A stretch of 57,032 bases of DNA, filler included, from Sphacelaria rigidula (taxonomy: Eukaryota): the NCBI GenBank assembly GCA_964200075.2. It is 5 parts of 5 records of this genome, joined end to end, with 100 filler letters (N's around TTAATTAATTAA, not from the genome) between each part and the next. Parts side by side here need not be neighbours in the genome. Positions count along the whole stretch, not along the records: positions 45,708 to 57,032 come from CAXNAA020005059.1; 4 more parts are not named here. One strand, 5' to 3'. The notes beneath the pieces were generated by a model. That model did no database searches and was not told the origin of the DNA. It was given only the letters and a program-made list of their open reading frames with translations. Shown here one piece after another: positions 47,886 to 57,032 of this stretch. The stretch's first letter is position 1. Every line of letters begins with the position of its first letter. The translations under genes were made by a program, and so were the position numbers.

Positions 47886-49772
47886 TCTCCTGCTCTTCAA
47901 TGACCAATCTACTTTTTACCCCGGGTTCTACACCTTTTTTTCATCAGAACGAAATGTCGGTGACACATTCGGGTGTTCGGCATTCTTCACACTTTTATTT
48001 CGTTTTACTCAATTCTGTGTCTCGCGTTTTTCAAATTCCAATAATATCACGCCCATGCCGTATCTTCCTTATCCTACTCCTCTCATAAAAATGAGTTTCA
48101 TTACCGATACACATATCATATCCTCGGCTTCATCTCGTGCTAGTAGTCATTACCTTCAACTCTCCCTTTCATATTTTTTTCTTTTCCACGCCTATCATGG
48201 AGGACGGGGCCGCCGATAGGCGGCCCCGTCCGATCATGGTATATATATATCCTCGCGTGTTGCGCGACCCCCATCCTAAACTCCGTGCCCCCCTCCCTCG
48301 TTCTTAGACTTAAACATACATGGCCTTCTCAGCTATGTGTCCAAGGCGAAAGTCCTACCGTGATGGAATCAAGGGCAAGGTCTTTTTGCAGGTGGGCATC
48401 GCCAATAAGGTACACAGTACTTTTTTTCTCCGAAAAAATATGGGAAAAAGAATACAGCAAAACCCAACAAAAATCGTCTCTCAATGCTTTCATCGCAGCG
48501 CACGGCGAATAGTGTCCTGCGATCTCGACGTGGGCTGTACGTAGCCCGAAATACACATTATTGGGGGGGGGGGGGAGGGGGAACACTAAAACTACGGTAA
48601 ACATTTCACATCACGCAGGGCCGTGGAGATACAACATTCCTCAAGACACATTCTGTCTGCAAAACACACAAGAAGGATATCCTAATGACTCGAGTCCAAA
48701 ACCTAGTGCACATCGAACGAACCGCATCACAGGCATTCATTACTTGAAGCGTCCGCTGGGGCGTCCATCGCCTACACCGCTGATCAATAACACCGTGAAG
48801 CACGACCAACACCTAATGCGTGGTACAGCGGTGAACCACCTGACGACAGAACTACTCCAACACCACACACGTCTAGAAAGCGAACGGTCGGTTTCGCCGC
48901 ACAGGTGCAACAGGGAACCGTGTCACAGGCAAGAGCAACGAGGACAAACGTCACTCAGCCAACGCGTGAATACACGCCATTTGCAGGTGAGCCTGCAAGA
49001 ATGATCATCGAACTTTGCGCTTCAACTCGCAGGAGGCTATCTACAACATTCACGATCAGCTTTGTACGTACGTTCACATGGGAGATGAAACAACATATAT
49101 TAATATTTCTCAGCAGCCTGTTTGACATGTATCGTCAACGAATCCAACTCGTATCCACCTACTGTACAAGCTTCCCGTTTCAGCAGCACCATTCAGCAAG
49201 CGCCCCATCAAAAAAGATATTTTAATACTACTGCAAAAACGTGCAGGAGTGCCCATTATATGTACGATGTCTAAACAAATCACTCGCCCCTTAAGCCGCT
49301 GAGTTAACATCGGCTATTATCAGAGAAGGGTGATGCTGACATTACCAAATACCAGCTGGCCACATGAAGCCAACACTCGATGGGATTGCCATCGCTGGTG
49401 ACTCACAACAATGTCGACACTTTCTACGATAGCGCCCCCCCCCCCCTCCCAAATACCTGTGTAGGGATGCGAGGTCAATGGTTATGACCATGAATATGGC
49501 ATGCGTAATCATGAGTACACCTGCTGGTTTTGGAAGGCGATATCTACACGTGAATCGGAGAAGAAAAAAAGACGAGCACAACGAGCAGCTGGGAAACCCC
49601 ACGTTCAGCTTTGGTATTGTCAAGGTCGCTCATATGAGACGCTTCATGAAGCCTGAAACCAAATATCAGGCGCTGTATGACTATTTTCTTCGAGCCAGTT
49701 TTGGGCTAGTTTGAGGGGGGGGGGGAGAGGGCTACCGCAGAGAGTGTCTGTCGATGCAATCGAAACGGCAAC

Positions 49773-52700
49773 CTATTCACCACGCATGCGGGCGATCTCG
49801 GCTTGCTCTACAAGAGTGACCGGGCGGCACCGCCAGCTCCAGTTGGAAAACCTGATGTTCACGCTGGCGCCGTCTGACAGGAGCTCTTCTACCTGGCGTC
49901 GCTTCTCCCTGCATGAATGCAGAATCGTTGCCCGCATAGCACAGAGTACAACAACCCAAAGGCGCAAACAAAAAGTTGAAGAGGGGGACGATAAAACGCG
50001 GATCGACAGCAAACAGAAATCAGACATGTGTTGTCCCAACTCTGCTTGCATGCAGTAAACGCATTATGAGCTTGGAAAGCATGAAACAGTGGCTGGGGCG
50101 TCACCCTTTGAGTGCCCACGCAAATTGTTCCGAGTATTTGGCGGCTGACAGTCTCGCGAGTTCATCCTCGGCGGGAAAAAAGGGGGGGGTCAGTATCATT
50201 GTCGACATTGAAGAATGGCCGGTACAGGAGGTTTAGATCGACCTCAGTCAGACGTGAGCATATACAAAGTTTTCCAGTACCAAAAGGAGTAGTTGTTGCC
50301 AACAGGTTCACAGAACTTGGGTGAGATAATTGCCGAGGCGGACAAGGCGGCACGTCCTTTATCCACGGTTCCGTCAAGTGTACTGCCGGCTTCATGTCAC
50401 CCCGATCATCCCACCCACCGAACCTATGCTCCCCTCCGCAGCTATTATTTCTGCGTAAGGCTGTCGGTGACACATTTGACGCTATCGACGCCTCTTGTGC
50501 CCTGGTGACTCACCCTGTAAGGTACTGCTTCAAGTGGAGGAGAGAGACCGCTGCAGTCCCCGACGACGCGGGTAACGAAGCAGCAGAGGTATTCTCGACT
50601 CTCGCCGAATCATCTTTGACATAGCCCTGGAAATCGTCCGAATACCAAGAGACGATCTTCGGCAAGGTCACCGTCCGTTTCGCTACGTGAACCTGCGCTG
50701 GCGCAACAAGAAGCGATGAAAGTCGAACCAAATTGAGGAAGCAATACTCGTGCCCAGAAAACCAAACTGCGGCTAAAATACAACAATATTATGCAGCCGC
50801 AAGCAAACCCTGCACCAAATTTGACTCCATGAATGCCACGGTCTGCAAAAAAACACAAGCACATACACACAGCAGTGACGACAAAAGTAACCTAATTCGT
50901 GACAAATGACAAAGAACCACCTCCAAGTCGGTCAAAGTATTGTTCTTGCGTCATACCTCTGTAGTGGACTGCAGATAATACGTAGACATGTCTTCTATCT
51001 GCTCCTCCACGGTTGCCGGCCTGCAGCAAGCACAAACCGAACCGAAATTTACCAGCATCACGGGGAGCCGTGCACGCCGGAGGAGGGTGGAGGGGTGCAG
51101 GGGCGACATCAAATCTCGACTAGTTTTGTTTTAGAAACTGTCGTGTATCCAGAGGTTAGCAAATAATTAATGTCTGATAGACCAACAACAAAAAATATCT
51201 GTTTGTAAGAGGGGGGGGGGGGAAATTATATTCGCAGTGTGTATTGATCGATTGTTTGTCGCGTATCAACAGTATCCGAGGGATTCAGCAGTGGTCAATA
51301 CACACAAAAAAGACGTACGTAAAAAGGAGAATCGCAACAGAAACACTCGCTGAGGAAGGGGGGAAGGGATGGACGAAAACAAGCGGAGTAGAAGATGAAG
51401 ACATAAAGGAATCAAAAAGAGGAACAAATCAAAGCAATATTGGTCACGCGAAAGGAAAAAAAAAGAGGATCAACCATTGAACCTCGACCAGCTGCGCGGG
51501 AAAGAGTCGGTTTGAACACACGACACACGCTGCAGAACACCAACAACGGAGCGAGCACAGACATAGAGCGTCAGAAACACCGGAGGAACAACGGCCCTAC
51601 AATATTCGACAGAAAAGAGTGCGCGCTTTCCGGTAACCTCGTCTGGACTACAGTATTGTTACCTGTAGATTGCCACGCACGGTACAGCACTAGCGCTGCC
51701 GCAGTTGAGGGCAAAGCTCACGCGAGGCTCCGGCTGTCGCAAGGCAAACGGGTAGTCCGTGGTTGGAATGATGAGCTTCGACAAGAACTGTTGCAAAGAC
51801 ACGAGACAAATGAAAAGTATAGAAACATGCAGCGGGCCCAGAGGGACGGGGGAGAGAGAGCACGGTAAAAAAAGGGACACAGTGGACTGTGGATAAATTA
51901 TAAGCGGAGACAAGACGTGAAGAGAAAATGTTGTCCAAGTGCAGGTCTCCCTATCGCATGTTCTGAGTGATTTCCTGGGCTCTTTACGTTACACGTTACA
52001 CGTACGTTACACGTCACAAACGTACGTCACAAGGGTGTGACATAACGTAACGTATGTTTTTCGAATACGTCACAAATGTGACGTAACGTAAGTTACCGGT
52101 GAAAAAATGTGATGTGACGTGACGTATTTTTCTTTAAACGCCATAGTAACGTATTGTGAAACGTTTCCCGTAACGTGTAACGTATACACGTCGCAAAATA
52201 CATCAAGTCACAATAAACGTTACACGTCACATTATTATACGTTTGTGACGTCTGAGTGAACGTCACGACCTTCACACGCTCAACTTGTACCACAATTAGT
52301 GTGAGATTAGCATATGTGATACTCGCATGAAATGATACATGGCTTAAAGAAGAGTGTGCATACGTCATCATGATACGCACGCGATGTGAGCGCAAGTCCA
52401 GCGCCACGGCAGCATGCACCGCCACATCACACCCAACCATAGTATGCATTATCTTGAGTTGCCATGTGCCGTCTTACTTATTGGTGTCACTAGTATCAAA
52501 TTATGAACTGCGAAGTAATCGAGGACCTTTGGCCTTTGAAGAGGTGCGAAGGCTGACATCCACGAGCTTGTGATCTCGTGGATAAATTCGGTGGCTCCAC
52601 TGCTGTTTTATAGCTTTGTTTTTCATTTCGTTGATTTTGCTTTGTTTTTTTATATTGGGGTTGTTTTGTTTTTCTGTTTTTCTGCGTCCGTCTCTGTCCG

Positions 52701-55700
52701 AACGGTTTTGTGTGAGTTGTTGTCTCTATTCTTGGCACAATGAATTATGATGTGTTTCTACCTTCATCATGTCCGCCCTGCAAACGCGGCTGGATTCATA
52801 CCGGATCATCAGTTCATGTGTATTTTATATATAGAACATAGATCTTCTGCATGCACGCCCTCCTGAGAGAGCAAACAATCAAAACAGTACAGAATCGGAT
52901 TGCTATGTGTTGGGTGTCCTACAAAATGCCAACCGACTACCAGGTATCACTAACGTATGATCTGTACGTACTTGCGTTTGTATGTGTACATCATGGCCTG
53001 CGCGCATCTTGGCATCTCACTATCTGATAATCGTGCATCAATAACGCACTCATGTATTTCTTCGAAATTTCAATAACGCGTGAGTCAGGGACGCATGAGC
53101 GAGCAAAACACGCCTCATGCTCGAACAAGGCAGCCTCCGTGAACCTCCCGTACCGAGTTGCGGTACATGAAACCTTACAACTCGTACGTAGCGTTCATTT
53201 GCCCTTAACACGGTCGAAGTGTGACGTTTCATTTTACGTTACACGTCACAAACGTAACGTATATTATTCGTAACACGTCACAATAAAGTTCAAAGATACG
53301 TTGCACGTCACAAACGTATAATAATGTGACATGTAACATATATTGTGACGTGTAACGTCTATTGTGACGTGTAACATACAAAATACGCTACATGTTACGT
53401 GAAACGTTTCAAAATACGATGTTGTGACGTAACGTAACGTAAAATTTTTATATACGTCACAAGTGTGACGTAACGTACCGTACCCGTGCAAAAAAATGAC
53501 GTGACGTAACATACGATTTTTTATACGTCACAAAGTGTGACGTGACGTTGCGTATAATTTTTCATACGTCACATTTGTGACGTGACGTGAGGTATATTTT
53601 TCATACGTCACACGTAACGTGTAACGTGTGACGTAAAGAGCCCTGGTGATTTCCCCTTCCCGTGCATTCATCCGAATCTAGGCAGTAGTGATAACCCGAG
53701 AAGCCGGGGTATTCCGAGGGGGGAGTGCACATGCGTGTGGCGAGGTGCACATGCACCATCAGGGCTCGTCAGCTTGCTCCATTCCACGGCCTTGTCGACG
53801 TGAAAACCTGACCTGCTTCGGGAGGCTGCTTTTCGCCCTCAAAATACAGTGTTCCAGTTCGGCCATGGAGATCAGGTCACCCCCGACTTCGTAGCACAGC
53901 GTCGTGAAATAGCTGGCCACCCTGTCGTGATTCAAGGGGAAAAGGAGCAACAGGGGACGCACAATACCAAAGCGGAAAAAAATATCGACATGGCCACAGA
54001 GCAGCCGGTAAGTATAGGGAATGCGTACTATAATAGGTAAGGCGACATGACCGGAATATGAGTAAAGCAACCGCTGAGAGGAACTTGGGAAGAAAAAGAA
54101 GGGTGTGAACATGACGGCGTGAGAGTTTCGTCAGCGCAGCGGCCAGCGATGACTAACCATTCACATCCATTGTTGCGGCGCCTCGGTGGTATAACGGGTA
54201 CAACTGAAGCCCCTTGAGACAGGAGATTACGGGCTTTCAAACCCCGGCGGATGTATGCGGGTGTTCGTCTGACAATGATGTGGCTTCCATCGTTGAAAAC
54301 CTCAAGACGCGAATAGCACAGAAACTCTCTTTGGCGAGAGCCGACGCGGTGCGGTAGTTATGATCCAATCCGCGACATTGCACCACGAAGAATCATGTCT
54401 GCTCATATCGGTTGTTAATTATGTCCTTAGTCGGTGGCTCTGCGGTGCCCACTGGTGTGTCTGTATCTACTCTGCTGCGCTGAATCCCTAGAGCTTTTTT
54501 CATGTATTCTTCTTCTTTTCCTCTCTTCTTTTCCTCTCTTCTTTTCCTTTCCTCTTGTTCTAGATTGGCCAGTTCTTTCCGTGGTTTGCTTTTGATGACT
54601 TTTCATCAATGTCTTTGTGTTTCTTCACGTCTTCGCCTATTATGTCGTTTTGTTCCTTCTTTTTCTTCAGCGAGTGTTTCAGTTTTGCTTTCTTGTCTTG
54701 GGTACGTCTATCATGTGACCACGGATGGATCATGACTCCTGGGGGGGTCAGTTGAAGTGCGACAATCAATCAACCAACCAACCAACCAACCAACCAATCA
54801 ACCAATCAAAGCGAGGCATGTAGTGTACCGGGAGAGAGGATGGGTTGATCCTAGGGCCGGAGCGCGTAAGTGTAGAGCGGTGCGTGCACTGCGCCAGGGT
54901 GGCATGGGTTTGAGTGGGTTCGACCTTCACACTCGCCTTGAGCAAAAGCTTCAGAACGCCCGAGGCACCTACCGCACATGACTACCGCAAGGCGGCATAG
55001 TCGAGCCTCTGAGTAACCGACCGACACACAAACCCGTTTGCGCGGTAAGTGTTGGGTAAGGTTTCCTCCTTTGGTCAAGGAAGAAGAAAAAAAACACGGG
55101 TTCGTCCCGCGGAAAGGGTGAGGGGGTGGGGGGGGGAGGGGGGAGTTGAAATATGAAGACAGAAGTACAAAAAAAGAAAAATGCATAAACGACCGTACGA
55201 CGTGTGTACGCACCTGAGCGGGCTCCCGGGTGGTCCTAGCAGGAAGTAGGCGTGCAGAAGCATCACGTGGTACAGGTTGAGGAACAGTGACAGCTGCTCG
55301 CAATGCTGCAAGCCCTCGAGGGGCATCCAGCTGGGAAATTTATCGGGAAACCGAAAAGGAATAATCGGAAGTTTTTTTTCAAGAGTAGCCCATAAAACAT
55401 ATTTTGGTGTTAATGGACCACGGTACCCTGTGGGCGCGATGATGATATGTATCAAGATATTTTCGCTATGCTGGAGACCGATGACGACAAACCCGATGCA
55501 CCTGAGAAGCAACATGCGCTCTACAGGTGCATTTCTTAATGCCACCCGCTGTACCCATGACTCGGTGGCATGTACCTAGCGCCACCAGAGTGGATGATCC
55601 CCACCACGAGAGGAGCGGCAAACAGCGATCACTCGTTGACATTGCTCGCCGAATCTGGCGTGTCACATACCGTGAAAACCAAACTTGCGCATTAAACATG

Positions 55701-56239
55701 GTGGTAACGGTTGTAGATGCTTCGTCTCACTGTGCAAACACGGTAAAAGCACAGAGAAAATGGCATCTGCTTGTTTCAACGCGGCCGCGCAGTAAAGCAG
55801 TCGGCCAGGGAAAAAACGCTGACGGTGGATGATACGTGAGGAGAGTCCACTCGCTGTGAACACAGCAAGATGAGATATGACAACAACAAAGGACAAGGAC
55901 AGTCCATGTTGACGGGAAGCGTTCTTCATAGCTCACCGAACTACCGAAATGGCGAATGAACCCGACAGACAGACCGCTAAAAGTGACTTCTACCCCTGTG
56001 TAGACCATGCATGAGTCAGAACAGCGTGAAATGTCCAATGAAAACCACCAGGCATTGATTTTGATCTGTATCGGACAGAGCGTTCCGTCAGTCCAGGCAA
56101 TAGATCATCCGTATGCTTCCATCTGTGATTGTGTTGGTATTGATGGTACTCTATATGGATCTTCTCACCGTAGCTTGCACACACTATCCAGAAAAGCGAT
56201 GAGCTGTTCCCGCGTGCTGTCTTCGTTCAGCTCCAAAGC
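49773..56239 (-). CDS. DUF547-domain protein, 3' partial; exons (5'->3') 56239-56169, 55330-55214, 53921-53813, 51787-51663, 51020-50957, 50692-50514, 49908-49773
   Basis: Seven exons with GT-AG borders and matching phases (2,2,0,2,0,2) join into one frame ending in TAG: ALELNEDSTREQLIAFLDSVCKLRWMPLEGLQHCEQLSLFLNLYHVMLLHAYFLLGPPGSPLRVASYFTTLCYEVGGDLISMAELEHCILRAK...EPRVSFALNCGSASAVPCVAIYRPATVEEQIEDM...VTLPKIVSWYSDDF...IRFSNWSW. The blocks FxNLY..HA..GPP, YxxGG..S..LEH.ILR, PRxxFALNCG and LPKIxxWYxxDF are DUF547-family hallmarks. Upstream exons probably lie beyond the window end. Confidence 0.9.
51975..53645. mobile_element. Non-autonomous hAT-type DNA transposon (1671 bp) in a DUF547-gene intron
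   Basis: Perfect 8-bp TSD GTGATTTC (51967-51974 and 53646-53653); TIR C(A/T)GGGCTCTTTACGT(C/T)ACACGTTACACGT; subterminal arrays of GTGACGT/GTAACGT motifs; no transposase ORF. Confidence 0.9.
54490..54808 (+). mobile_element. Retroposon 3' end with a pyrimidine tract and (CAAT)(CAAC)n tail
   Basis: CTTGGGTACGTCTATCATGTGACCACGGATGGATC...GTCAGTTGAAGTGCGACAATCAATCAACC..., matching 6302-6450 and the tail of the SINE at 5379. Confidence 0.75.
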
Positions 56240-57032
56240 CTGTGATTTTGACCCCCAGATAATCAGGTATGGAAGGATGCCAGGCAAGGAAGCAATAATG
56301 GAGGCAACGCTAGCATTCAAGCAAGAGAACAAATCCGCGGGTGCTGTTTCGCCGTGTTCTTCGTTGGGTTAGTTCCCCCTGTTATTTTCTTCTCCTGCCA
56401 ACACCGGTAAAAATTATTCGCACATCGTACCGTCAAATACTACCGAGACACACAAAAACACCTACATTCGCATTCTTCTCTTGTTCCAATAGCCGTATTA
56501 TTATGTTGAAACAAACAGACAGTGTTTTTCGGTTGCTCATGATAGAACCGGTGACAACGCACAACCTGAGTGACGGCACTAATCTCTAACGATAAAGAAG
56601 TTTGAACATCGTCACTGTTCCCAAGATATCGAGGGTCGACGGTGAAAAGCAAACCATGCTACGACAGCTACCTGTCAAGCTTAACAGGCGATGAGGAACT
56701 GAGGCACCGAACAGCACTTGAGAACAACAACAGTACGTGTGTTCGAAGTACACCCCGTTAGCCACAGGGTTGACATAGGCCATTACCCCTCACAATCGCG
56801 GGTTTATTCGCTGCAGGCATTACAAAAGTGCACAACTTGCCATGTCACGGCGAGCCATCACTTTGCCCCCCCCTTCATTTTGACTCAAACAGTGTCTTGA
56901 GCGATTTGAATGGTCTAGGTTGTCGGGTTTCTCTATTTTTTCTATTCCTTACTACTTGCGTTGTGGGGTGGGGGGTGTGGGTACTCATGATCTTGCATGC
57001 CATAGTCATAAGACCATTGACCTCGCATCCCT

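Overview
Eukaryotic, repeat-rich DNA, most likely from a brown alga (Phaeophyceae). This is inferred from the long TE-filled GT-AG introns, the gene families and the style of the repeats, and was not verified by a search. The window is not one locus. Four identical 100-nt linkers (N44-TTAATTAATTAA-N44) cut it into five near-equal pieces of 11328, 11327, 11326, 11326 and 11325 nt, so relationships across linkers cannot be trusted. Three protein genes are supported: the 5' part of a spliced PUF60-like RRM splicing factor (4 exons, + strand, cut off by a linker), an intronless 526-aa ankyrin-repeat gene (- strand), and the 3' part of a DUF547-domain gene (7 exons, - strand). The rest is mostly non-autonomous mobile DNA: TA-flanked Stowaway/mariner-like MITEs (including a three-level nest), an 8-bp-TSD hAT element, a cluster of 98-bp piggyBac-like minis, a tandem array of Helentron/HINE-like units, tRNA-headed SINEs sharing LINE-like 3' tails, a candidate LTR and microsatellites. 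I found no CRISPR array, rRNA or intact tRNA, and no clearly new multi-gene system. The best leads are the ankyrin gene with an F-box-like tail, the ULM in the PUF60-like N-terminus, and the TE architectures.
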